64,000 nucleotides of DNA. Origin: the human T2T-CHM13v2.0 reference genome, Homo sapiens. The position numbers were made by a program, and so were the translations under genes. The notes under the pieces are model-generated. The model made no database searches and had not been told where the DNA came from. It was given only the letters and a program-made list of their open reading frames with translations. Positions 40,304-52,260 of this stretch are shown here, one piece after another (the stretch's first letter is position 1; each line of letters starts with the position of its first letter). The stretch lies in the NCBI RefSeq assembly GCF_009914755.1, contig NC_060925.1, one strand, 5' to 3'.

Positions 40304-43300
40304 ATCTTTCACCTGCTTGGTTTCATTTGTTCCTAGGTATATATGGGTTGTTTTGTGTATGTAATTGTAAATGAGACTGGCTTATTTGCTTCCTGATGGG
40401 TTTATTATTGGTGTGTAGAAGTGTAATTTATTTCTGTATGTTGATTGATATATATTTGCATGTTGTTGTTTTGGTATTAGAGTATCATAGAATGAGTTAT
40501 GGGGAGTTCCCTCCTCTTCAATTTCTTGGAATTATTTGAGGATAATTCATGTTAGCTCTTCTTCGATAGTTTAGTAGAATTCAGGAGTGAAAACATCAGG
40601 TCTTGGACTTTTCTTTGTTGGGAGACTATTATTGCTTAGATCTCATCACTTGTCATTGGACTGCTGAGGTTTTCTATTTCTTTCTGGTTCAATCTTGGTA
40701 GATTGTATGTTTCTAAGAATTTATCCATTTCCTCTAGGTTTTCCAGTTTGTTAGGGTATAGTTGTTCATAATAGTCTCTGGTGATACTTTGTATTTCTAT
40801 GATCTCAGTTGTAATGTATCCTTTTTCATTTCTGATTTTGTTTATTTGGTTCTCTTTTTTGCCTTGTTGGTTTAACTAGCTGTTTATTGATTTTAAAAAG
40901 CGATTTTTTATTTCATTTTTTTCTTAGTCGCTTGCTTTATTTTGCTCTGAACTGTATTATTTCTTTTGTTTTATTAATTTTGGGTTTTGTTTGTTCTTGT
41001 TTTTCTACTTTCTTGTGGTTCACCTTTGGATTGTTTATTTGAAATGGTATTACTTTCTTGGTAGAGGTGTTTATTGATATAAACTTCCTGGTTATCACTG
41101 CTTTTGCTATGCTGCATAGGTTCTAGTATGTTGCCTTTTGGTTTTCATTTGTTTCAAGAATATTTTTTATTTGCTTCTTAATTAATTTCTATACCCAATG
41201 TTATTCAATAGCATGTTGTTTAATTTCCATGTATTTTTAAGTTTCAAAGTTCATCTTGCTGTTTATTTCCAGTTTTATTCCATTGTTGTTGATATTTGTT
41301 TTGTGTCCTAATATATGGTCCATCCTGGAGAATATTCCATGTGCTGATGAGAATAATGTGTATTCTATCACTGTTGGATAAAATGTTCTGTAAATGTCTG
41401 TTAGGTTCATTTAATCTAATGTGCAGTTTAAGTCCATTTCTTTGCTAATTTTATATCTAGAAGATGTGTCTAATGGTGGGAGTGAGACGCTGAAGTTCAC
41501 AACTATGATTTTATTTGAATCTATGTTTCCCTAATAATATTTGCTTTGTCTCTCTAGGTGCTCTAGTGTTGGGTACATAAATGTTTAGCATTGTTATATC
41601 CTCATGCTGAATTGATCCTTTTATCATTATATAATGACCTTTTTTGTTTATTTTTACTAGTTTTGATGCTCTGTATTCTTAACTGAGGCCATAATAAATT
41701 CTTGTGATATGTTTTGTTTTTCTTATTCTTAGAAAATTTGAGTCTGGGGTTAAAGTACTGTTATATTTTTACTTTATTACTTTTATATAACAGACTTTAG
41801 TTTAGCTCTTGAAACTTTAGCTTTCTGGATTTTTTCTTTTTACTTTAAGTTCTACACAAAAGAGTTGTATTGTGATTCTTTGCTCCTAAACTATTTAAAG
41901 GAATTATATTTAGCACGTATTCTCTGCAATCTGAGAGCTAATGATGCAGCTCTTCACTTTCACTGTCTCATTTAAATCTCAATGCCATAAAAAACAGGAA
42001 GTGTTGGGTTACTAGGAAGGTAGAAATAAAACAAATCTCTATTTTTTTAATGTTATAGTTGCATTATAATAAATCAGAGTTGAGAATTTACTGTGTATGC
42101 AGACTAGTTCAGATAAAGAGCCAGGATTATCTTGGCTATTTCACTGAGCTTATGAACTATATACACACCCTTGATTCTGACTGGGACAGACAGATATTTT
42201 GCATTCTTCCACATTCACTATAGGAAAACGGTTTGGATAATGTTGCTTCCATGTGGTCAAGGTCATATAAGGTTGCTAAAATACATGATGTAATCAATAA
42301 TGCGCTAAGGGCATTTGAGGAATATTTCCCTATTTTTGTTTGTTCTAGGTATTAGGGATGACATATATAAAAATTGTTTAAAATAAAAAAAAGTTATTCC
42401 TTGGTTTTGTCTAGGATTCATTTTTTCCTTCTTTTGCTTTGCCCCTTATCCCAACAGTACTCTATGGAATGTGATTATAATTACTGTGAAGTGCAATAAG
42501 CAATAATTTACTTTTCTGGGTCTACCTTTAGATGTTGAACTCTGATAGGAAGATCTCTGTCCTAGTGATATTGGTGTCAATAATTCCCAACACAGTGCCT
42601 AAATTAAAATACACCCTCAACATTCACTTGTTAAGTTAATTGTAAATGTATATACGTGTCCCAAATTTTGTGAAATAAAGAGGTACATTATCCAATTTCT
42701 CCCAGACTTAAAACAAAACTCCCTACCATAGGAATACAAATAGGAATTTGTAAGTTGTTCCATGCACAGATGATGGAATATTTATTCTATCATGCACAGA
42801 TGATGGAACCACTATTTATTGTATCTTCAATAAATAATGGTTATATTATGGAGACATTCACAAATATTTAGGTTTATCACAGGTAACAAATAGTCCTGAA
42901 TCAAAGGTCTTCACAAATAGTCCCTATTTACGAACCCTTCAAGTTCCACAAATATGAAAACTTTAAAGCAAAGGCATAGAACATCCTGATACTCTGTGAA
43001 ATCAGACAAAGTAGGATCATTATAATTTATGAAAAAGAAGTGGAGGTTGGAATCTTCTCTCCATCCCAGGTTCATCCCAGTAACATTTTCTTCCCTGTAT
43101 CTTCTCTCAAGAATCTTTCTATGCCACTGTTTATGCATCTGGAAATATGAAGAAAAAATAGCCAGCCTAATGGTAGGTGCATCTGTCAAAACTATTTAAG
43201 TGAACCTAGTTATGAATCACTTTATTTTGAATATTTTTGCAGAATAATAAACCATAGAATTTGCCACTTTAGTTAAATTAAAAGAAATTACATTTGTTAT

Positions 43301-44419
43301 TTAAATCAAAAAACACACACACACACACAAAAAACAGAGTTGCTTGTTTCAAGTGTACATGGAGCTTCCATTGGTCCTGTTTCAGTAACATCAAGATATA
43401 GAAACTTCCCTTCAAAAAGGAATAAGAGTTTGTCAAAATAAGATATCTTAGGATGTTCTTACACTATAGGGCTTTTGACCTATTCAGTGTACTTTAATAA
43501 CTTGTTTCTAAAAGTGTTTTTACTAATGACCAATTTAGTATTACCCTCAGAAATTTTTGTTTTTCTCCCAATTTCACTCAGTACTCATGATTAATTTATA
43601 TTTTACTGGCCATAAATGATTTCAATTGGTTCTAGCAATAAAACCTTTCTTATGAGTTTATAAATTTGAACATTATGTGTTTTATTTCTAGACAGTTACT
43701 TTGGCCATTATGCACAATTTATAAACAAATAACAGATTTCTCTGCAGGTAAGTAGCAAATATGACTATATTTAGAAACCAGATTACATGTGTAAAGTTCA
43801 TTATGAAAATGATTGAATTTCTAACTCATTTATTGCAAGAAAAAATAGTAATATTGTACTTTTAAAAAACAGCAGATGATTTACAAAAATGAACGTTTTA
43901 TATATAGCTAAGTTATATGCCTTTTAAATTTAAAAAAATGACTATATACAAATTCAATAGTACCTAACAGAACAAAAGAACAGAAATACAATCTTTCATG
44001 GATATTATTGAGAATAACTCATATTTGCATGTTGAAATTATAAGAAATATTATATAGTTGCCATAATTTTTTAAGATGACGGTATGTGGACAAGAGAAAA
44101 TAGGCAGTAGATGGCCAAGACTTTATAATATAACAACACAGGGCAAGAAAAAAATGTTTGTTTATCCCTACTTTAAATCATTATATTTTCCATCTAAAAT
44201 AACTAAACACAAATAAAATACTCAAAACAATTCCATTTTATCCAAATTTCTAGATATGTAAAATTATATTTTTAATCAGGATCAGTATACTTTTTGAAAG
44301 TTATAGTTTTAGAATTATCAAAGAGCAGTATAGTAGAAGTTATAATGACCACTGTAGAAACATCGTTTACTGTTGCTTGTGTCTTTGGACAATCTTAGGA
44401 AGATGTTACTGGAGTCAAT

Positions 44420-44630
44420 AACAGCTAAGTCTAAAAGCCAGGCTTGAATCTTTACAATCCCATGATTAGCTCGGTGATCTCTAAATACCACTAAATCTCA
44501 GTTTTCTCATCTGCAACATCAACATATAATTATCATCTTTGTTATTATTTGGGAAGATGGAGTCAGATTAAATGATAAAACCTTTTAGCAATGAACAATA
44601 ATGCACAGTTAATAAATAGTGGTTTATTAT
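44420..44630 (+). mobile_element. MIR fragment
   Basis: ATCTCAGTTTTCTCATCTGCAA core; 3' end AATAAATAGTGGTTTATTAT. Confidence 0.65.
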
Positions 44631-45142
44631 AGAGAACTTTACAAATATTCAGGTTTATCACAGGTAACAAGTAGTTCTGGATCAAAGGTCTTCATAGGCT
44701 CTATAATGTTACTTCAGTCTAGTGAAACTATATCTAATATGCCCATTTAATACCGCAGTATCTAAATACAGGAATTTGAATGAGCTTGAAATGCTAAGCA
44801 AACACAGCAGACATCCTTGAAATGTTTTTGTTTTGTCATTTTTTTACTTTATGTTTTCCAATAGAAAGTTACAAATATAGTATATAAAATCTTGTATATC
44901 TTACAACCAGCTTACCCCAATGGTTATATCTCATAAAATTATAATATAATAGCAAAACCAGAAAACTGACATTGTTACAACCCTTATAAATAAATTATAT
45001 AACGTAATCGTTTTTCATTTTTAGTATCTTTCATTTGTGTGTGTACATATATGTACATATGTAGCTTTATGCAATTTTAAATCACGCATAGTTTTGTGTG
45101 ACCAATGCTGCAATCAAGATGCAGAAAAGTTATACCACCACA

Positions 45143-46099
45143 ATATTGGTAAGGGTCTTCTAGAGGACGGTAAAAATACACACATGCACACACGCACACA
45201 CATGCACACACCCACACACACACACACCACACACAGAGTCATGCTCCACATAACAATGTTTCAGTCAACAATGGACCTAGTAGAGGACAACGGTTCTATA
45301 AGATTGTATTACTGTATTTTTACCACACGTTTTCCATGTTTAGATATACAAATACTTGCCAGTGTGCTACAATTGCCTAGAGTATTCAGTACAGTAATAT
45401 GCTGTATAGGTTTGTAGCCTAGGAGCAATAGGCTATACCATATATCCTAGGTGTGTAGAAGTCTGCACCATCTAGATTGAGTAAGTACACTTCATATTGT
45501 TAGTACAGTGATGGAATCAACTAGACCCCCTTCTCAGATTGTAGTCCCATTGTTAAGTGATATGGCTGTATCTCCAGAGAATAGGACAATACAAATCTCT
45601 TTATAGATAAACAGATTTATTATAAGTAATTGGCTTAGAAAACTGTGGAGGCGAGAAAGTCCCAAGATCTGTAAGGTGAGCTGGCAAGCTAGAGGCTGAG
45701 GGGATCTGAATTGTTTAGCTCTAGTCTGAGTCTAAAGGCCCAAGGATCAAAAAAAGCTGACAGTGTGGTTCTCTCTGAAGGCCAGCAAACTCAAGACTTA
45801 GGAACTGCTGATGTATTTGTGCAAAGCGTTGTGGAGAAAACTGATGTTTGTGCAAGGGAAGTCAGTCAAGATACAATTATTTCTTACCCAGGGTAGAATC
45901 AGCCAATTTCTATTAATATATTCAGCTAATTCAGTGAGGTCCATTCGCAATAGGGAGGGCCATCTATGTTACTCATTCTATCAATTTAAAAGTTAATCTT
46001 ATTCAAAGCACCCTCACAGACACAACCAGAGTAGTATTTGAACAAATAACTAGAGACTCTGTGACCCAGTCAACTTGGCACATAAAATTAACCAACCCA
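45143..46099 (-). mobile_element. MLT2 (ERV-L) solo LTR interrupted by Tigger3a
   Basis: GATTTATTATAAGTAATTGGCT; AAGTCCCAAGATCTG...GGCAAGCTAGAG; CAACTTGGCACATAAAATTAACCA. Confidence 0.82.
45236..45568 (+). mobile_element. Tigger3a (MER7A) MITE
   Basis: AGTCATGCTCCACATAAC...GGTTTGTAGCCTAGGAGCAATAGGCTATACCATAT...GTTAAGTGATATGGCTG|TA. Confidence 0.88.
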
Positions 46100-46665
46100 A
46101 CCACAAATAAACCTCCTTGTACTTCTATATTTGCACCCACCTACTTATCCACCTCCCATCCATGCCCCTTGGCAAGCACTAATCTGGTTTTCATTTTCAT
46201 AGTTCTACTATGTTGATGACATTTAAAAAAAATAGGAGCTCAAATACAGTGTAAAATTATTTTGAGAATTTTTAAAACTAAGCATTATGCTCTTGAGACC
46301 CATTCAGATTGTTGCACTCATCAACAGTTCAACACACTTTGTTGTTTTCTGTTTTCTTCTATTGTATGGTATTCCATTGCACAATTCATCTATGGAATGA
46401 CATTTGAGTTGTTTCTACTTTCAAATTATTATAAATAAAGCTACTATGAACATTTGTGTATAGGATTTTATGTGAACATAACTTTTCATTTCTCTGGGAT
46501 AACTGCCCAAGAGTGTGATTGCTGAGTCATATGGAAAATGCTTACTGAGATTTAAAAGAAACTGCCAACTATTTTCCAGACTGGCTGTAACCATTTTACT
46601 TTTCCACCAGCAATGTAATAAGATTCAGCTTCTCTGCATCGTCATCATCATTTGGTATTATCACT

Positions 46666-47240
46666 GCCTCTTAGTCCATCTGCATTCCTGTAAAGGAATA
46701 CCTGGGGCTGGGTAATTTATAAAGAAAAAAAGTTTCATTTGGCTCACAGTTCTGCAGGCTGTACTAGAAGCACAGCACCAGCTTCTGCTTCTTATGAAAA
46801 CTTCAGGAAGCTTTCAATTATAGCATAAGGGGATGGGAGCCCCATGTGTCACATGGTAAGAGAGGGAGCAAGAGAAAGAGAGGAGTGAGGTGACAGGCTT
46901 TTTTTTACAACCATGGGAAGCTAAGATCTTATAGGAACTAATAGTGAGAACTCACTCCTTACCATGAAAATAGTACCAAGACATTCATGAGGGATGTGAC
47001 TCCATAACTCAAACACCTCCAACTTGGCCCCACCTTCAACAATGGGGATCATATTTCAACATGAAATTTGGAGGGGACAAATATCTACAGTATATTATTC
47101 TGATCCTACCCCACCAAATTTCATGCCCTTCTCGCATTGCAAAATACAGTCACCCCTTCCCAATAATCCCCCAAAGTCTTAACTTGTTTCAACATCCACT
47201 TAACAGCCCAAAGTATGAAGTATCATATGAAACTCAAGAC
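46666..47240 (-). mobile_element. MSTB-like LTR (46666-~47095) plus the adjacent 3' end of MST internal sequence
   Basis: GGCTCACAGTTCTGCAGGCTGTAC; ATGAAATTTGGAGGGGACAAA; then CCCCAAAGTCTTAACTTGTTTC. Confidence 0.85.
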
Positions 47241-47630
47241 AATTTTCTTAGAACCAAGGAGCACTTAAAAGCTTCTAGGCTATTTACGTGCTTCTGAAGT
47301 TGGGAGTTCAGACAGCTGAGTTCATCATTTTCTTTCATCACTTTGTCTAGTGATGTTGGGAGCGGCCAATCAACTTTATTATAGTCCTCAGTTATCCACA
47401 AATGTTTAAAAGCGTCATGTACAGAGTAACTAAACTTCTTGTCTTTTAAAAATGATGAATCAGCAGTATCTAATGCATTTACTTTGTGGAGCGCTATAGA
47501 TAGTTCACACCAAGGACTATCAGTGCTCTCCATACTATTAGAAGTAGAGTTTTCAGTATTTTTAGGTCTAATCAGATTAGAAAGCCAATTCCAGAAACCT
47601 CAAAACCAATTTAAAAAATTCACCCTTAAC
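47240..47630 (-). pseudogene. ERV-L (HERV-L-like) gag N-terminal remnant
   Basis: ORF 47234-47533 MESTDSPWCEL...SLDKVMKENDEL and upstream GGTTTCTGGAATTGGC...ATTAGACC match the remembered start of HERV-L gag. Confidence 0.82.
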
Positions 47631-47760
47631 TAGGGGGATGGTGCTAAGCTGTTATAAACTACCTGCATGATCCAATTACCTCTCACCAGGCCCCAACTTC
47701 AATATGCGGGATTACAATTTAACATGAGATTTGGGTGGGACAGAGAGCGAAACCATATAA
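47631..47760 (-). mobile_element. MSTA-like LTR fragment
   Basis: TAGGGGGATGGTGCTAA...ATGATCCAATTACCTC...CATGAGATTTGGGTGGGACA...AAACCATAT. Confidence 0.8.
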
Positions 47761-48458
47761 TAAGGTTCTCCAGAAAGACAAAAACCAATAGAACATTTAC
47801 ATATATATATACACACACACACACACTATATATATATATATAAAACATATATATAATGTATGTTTAAAAGTGTCATGTACATATGTGTGTGTGTGTATAT
47901 ATATATATGTATAAAATGTGTGTGTATGTTTATATATCTCACATTTATTAGAATTGGCCTTACACTATTACAAAGATGAAGTCCCATGATAGACTATATG
48001 CAAGCTGGGTAATGAGAAAAGGCAGTAGAATGTCTTAGTCCAGGTCTGAAAGCCTCAAAACCAGTGAAGCTGAGGGTGTAGCTACCAGTCCAAGGTTGAA
48101 AGCTTGAGAGCACTTGAGACTATTGGTGCGAACTCTAGAGTTCAAAGGATGAAGAACCTAGAGTCTGAAGTCCGAGGGCAGGAGGAGAAAAGGCCTGTCT
48201 CTCAGGAAGGGAGACAGAGTGAGGAAGCAGAGAAAGTTAAATATCATCCTTCTGCTGCCTGCTTTGTCCTAGCTTCACTAGCAGTCAGTCAAATGGTGCC
48301 CACCCACATTGAGGGCAGGTCCGTCTTTCTCAGTCCACTGACTCATACTTCAGTCTCCTCTGGAAACATGCTCACAGACACATCCAGAAACTGTGCTTCA
48401 CCAGCCATTGAGGCATTCCTCAACTTAGTCAAGTTGACATCTAATATTAAGCATCACA
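47761..48458 (-). mobile_element. MLT2B-type ERV-L LTR with an internal (TA)/(CA)/(TG) microsatellite
   Basis: GGTTCTCCAGAAAGACA; AAGTCCCATGATAGACT; GGTGCCCACCCACATTGAGGG; AAGTTGACATCTAATATTAAGCATCACA. Confidence 0.88.
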
Positions 48459-50213
48459 CACATTCTTTTCCTTGCCGTTCAAATGAGTGCTTTAGTGATG
48501 AATCTCTGTGGTTTTAATTTGCACTTCCCTAATAGCTGATGATGCTGCACATTTTTGTATGTGTTTAAGTGCCATTCTTATCTCTTTTCTAGTGAACTAT
48601 CCATTCATTATTTTTGCCCATTTTGTAATTACATTTTTTTACAGATTAATTTTGAGACTTATTTTTATTGTCTGCATATGTTCAGTGTGGTTTGCAAATA
48701 TGTGATTGCAGTAAATAACTTTTTTTTATCCTTTTGATAGGGTCTTTGATAGCACAAATGTTTTCATATTTGACGAAGTAGAAGTCATATTTTTTAAAAA
48801 GCATATCATACATTTTGAGTGTCATGTCCTCACTTAGCCCTAGTCCAAAAACTTTTTTGTTCATTTTCTTCTAATCTTTAACATTTTAAGCAATTACCTA
48901 TCGTAATAAATGTATTTCTTACATGTTACAAATCCACTTACAGCAAATATTTGATGTACTCAGATTTGGTCATAATTTTAGACTTACAAAATATCCTGAA
49001 CATAATTTAACATGAATGTCACAATATCTTATAAAATAGCATTCTGTTTCAGTACTGAGAAGTTGAGTGACAGATTGCCAAAAAAAAATGTGAACAGAAA
49101 GAATATTGCTAAGTGGAGTATAATAAAATCTTGAACAAAATGTCTATATCTACTTTTATATAAAATTTTAATTGCCTAGTTAGCTAACTGCTTCCACTCA
49201 TTTCCAAAATAAGCATATATATTAATAATCATGTGATAATCTCATTAAATTATCCAATAACAAGTGTCACATTTTTAAAAGCAAGTGTAGACAACATTAT
49301 AAGAAAATGTAGGTCAAGTATTATCATTGGTATTAAGAACAAAAGTTAATTCTGCATTTCCTGGAATTGAAAGCATAAATAAAAACATAATTAGCTATAA
49401 AATATTCATTATTAGTAAGAAGTATACTAGCTGGTTAGAAGAAATTTTTCATTCCCTATAAACTCTCAAAAGGCTTAATTACATAGATTTTCCATCAATG
49501 ACATCAAACAAGAAAGGAATAAGTTTCCAAATATAATTTTACTAATAAGCAGACAGGATGCTTATATAGACATAATGACTTTGAAAAATAAGTTCTCCAA
49601 AGAACTAAATAAATAATTTTTAGTTATAAAAGTGTCTGGTAGTATAATTTTGAATACCAAATAAAATGAAATCTGAAGGAATGGTTGATAACTAAGTTTC
49701 TTTGTTAATTTATCTTAAATTTTTCCAATTAGCCCAGTCACATTTTTGAGAAAAACTGTAGATCACCTTATTACAATTCAGGGTCTCAGAAAATAGCTAA
49801 CATTCATTAAGAATCTACTACATGTTGTATATATTCACAAGAAATGGTGGGGAGAAATACACTTTAAGAAAAATTGTTCTAGCTTCTTAATTTGATCCAT
49901 TTAATTTTCTTCAAAAAGTGCAAGGAAGTTTGGAATTATTTTAATATAATATTTTGTTGTGATTCTTTAAGTGTAATATCATGTTTAGATTACACTTATA
50001 TTCTCGTTATACTTTCAAGCCCTTTTAATAGATTTTAACCAATGATGCCATGGACCCAGCAGTGCCTTCTATGAGAAGTATTATTCTGTGACGAAATTGT
50101 ATTTTTATTATAAATACTCAAACTTTATACTTACAGTGAAATGTGGTTATGAGTCTAAATATACATGAGAAAGTCAAGCAGCACCACGGGAATATTACTG
50201 TGATAGTAACAGT

Positions 50214-50441
50214 GCTATGATTTGAATGTTTGTCCCCTCCCAAACTCATGTTGAAACTTAATTTCCAATGTAACAGTATTAAGAGGTGGGGCCTTTAAGC
50301 AGTGATTAGGTCATGAGGGCTCTGTCCTCATGAATGGATTAATAGATTTATAAATTGGTGGGTTAGTGGATTAATGGGTTATTATGGGAATAGATTAGTT
50401 ATCATGAAAGTGGAACTATTATAAAAGCCAGCTTGACTCTC
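50214..50441 (+). mobile_element. MSTD-like LTR, 5' half
   Basis: TGCTATGATTTGAATGTTTGTCCCCTCCCAAACTCATGTTGAAACTTAAT...ATAAAAGCCAG. Confidence 0.85.
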
Positions 50442-50505
50442 AGTGCATCAAATATTTCCATGCTTTACAATTGACACCTTGGGTCCAGAGAGGCTATTTT
50501 AAGTT

Positions 50506-50508
<3 letters not shown>

Positions 50509-50548
<40 letters not shown>
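50509..50548 (+). repeat. Pure poly(A)40 tract
   Basis: Direct count; not attached to an Alu or L1 body. Confidence 0.95.
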
Positions 50549-50550
<2 letters not shown>

Positions 50551-51079
50551 AATAAAATTATCCAATCTAAACATGGCAGAGAAGAAGAAACTCAAATAAA
50601 AAGTAAGGATTATACCAATAATTACATGCTTTCCATCTCAAAGGTTAACAAACATTTAACTATGATAACATGGCACACTTTAATCTTCAGAAGTTTTCCT
50701 AAATACATCTTGGAAAAAGTTTTCAAAGTAAGAAAATAATTGTTATTGAATGTGCTCTTTTTGCTTCTCTTCTGGAAATAATGGAACAAGAGAGGAGTAT
50801 GGGGTATGAAATTGTCAGCTATTTCTTCTATCCAAGAGAAGACTGGACTGCCAACAAGTTTAAGTGTACTTGAGCACTTATTCCTAAGTGAAAAATTAGT
50901 GTGGAATGTCCATTAGTGTAAAGAAATTGAAAAATCCAGATTGATGATATGCCTGGGAGAAGCATTAGAAATGAGATAACAGTGAGGGAGAGAGGCTTCA
51001 GGTTTAGCTGTAGAATATGGGAGAGATGAAAACAACATAACTAAAGTAAAATAGACAGGGAAGAAATTCCTGTAGACTC

Positions 51080-52260
51080 AGAAGCCAATTGAAAGGAGCG
51101 AAGTTCTAACACCAGGCATAACGGCGTGAGCACATTTTACCCTGTCTTTCTTTCTAGCTAAAGATATAAACCTGGACAGAATGTAAGGGGCAGCAGTTTG
51201 AGAACCAGAAAGTAAATGACATATCAAGTAAGAAGACGAGAATTTGAAACAGTGTTTTCTTCTCTCTCTGATATCCCTTAAGCTAATCTCAGTACAGCCT
51301 GAAAATTGGAAGTGAGCACTGGAACAAACAAAGCTGTAGAAGCCCTCTAATTTTGGTCTGAGGAACAGGAAAGGAAACACCCAACACTCTGAGGGAATGC
51401 ATAAATCCCTCCCTTTTTATTTTTTTACCTCTTTTTCTCTATTTAATCTCTCACTTATAGCCCCTAGGCAATCTCATGCTGTTGGTACCAGCACTGGCTG
51501 TGACAGGCCCCTGCAGGAGCCATAACTCTAAGGGACAACCCTCATTCTCTCTGCTTCTGGAGGCACTGTGGTTCCAAGCAAGTGGGGTGGACCCTCATTA
51601 TATTATTTTTGTTTTTGTTCTCTTACTGCTTGCCTTTGAATGCAGAGCAATTGCAGAATTATACAGAAGAATGGGGTAACTAAAGCCCCAGATTTCTGGT
51701 AAGAGAACCAAATAGAGGACTCCAGGAAACTGGCTAGTTCTAAGGAGAGTCTAGAGAGGAAAAAGCTCAGGAAAGCTATTCCATGAAGAATATTATAACT
51801 ATTAGATAATTTACACACATATTTCAAAAGCTCCTGGACAAACGTAAAATATTTAGGCCCAAATGATTTCAATAGAAAATACTGTCACCCATTTAAAGAA
51901 GGGATAACACCAGTTCTACAAAATCTCTTCTAAGAAACAGAAAAGAAGGAAACAGTTACTAAACCATTTTAGTGCAATATTACATTAATAACAGAAAGAG
52001 AGAGACAAGAACTATGGACTAATATTCCTCATAAGCTAAGACATAAAAATCTTCAGCAAAATATTAACAAATTGAGTAAAGTGATGAGATTTCTTCCAGG
52101 AATGCAAGGCTAGTTTAATATCTGAAAGTCACTTCACATTATCCAACCTATAACATAGGAGAAAATCTTTATGACCACAGGTTAGGCAAATAATCTTTAA
52201 ATGTGATATCAAAATAATGATCCATAAGAGAATTATATTGATAAACTTTCATTTTATGGA
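51080..52260 (+). mobile_element. Ancient L1M fragments (5'UTR-like, then ORF2 pieces)
   Basis: AAACCTGGACAGAATG; CAAAATCTCTTCTAAGAAACAGAAAAGAAGGAA; CCAGGAATGCAAGGCTAGTTTAATAT. Confidence 0.6.

Larger units (their letters stand above)
38065..41667 (-). mobile_element. L1MA2/3-like LINE-1, 5'-truncated, internally deleted, interrupted by AluJ
   Basis: L1MA 3' end; ORF2 remnant in ORF 39565-39873 (FDKGAKNI...KLDPYL...KINSRWIK). Confidence 0.88.
44840..48890 (-). mobile_element. Old L1M (L1MB/MC-like) 3' region split by nested LTR and DNA elements (pieces ~44840-45142, 46100-46665, 48459-48890)
   Basis: Collinear L1M motifs (CCCCTTGGCAAGCACTAATCTG; AAGAAACTGCCAACTATTTTCCAG; GTGGTTTTAATTTGCACTTCCCTAA). 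Confidence 0.75.

Noticed and set aside
42761-42825. Direct repeats as a CRISPR-like array
   Set aside because: Only two units with related spacers, in a mammalian context.
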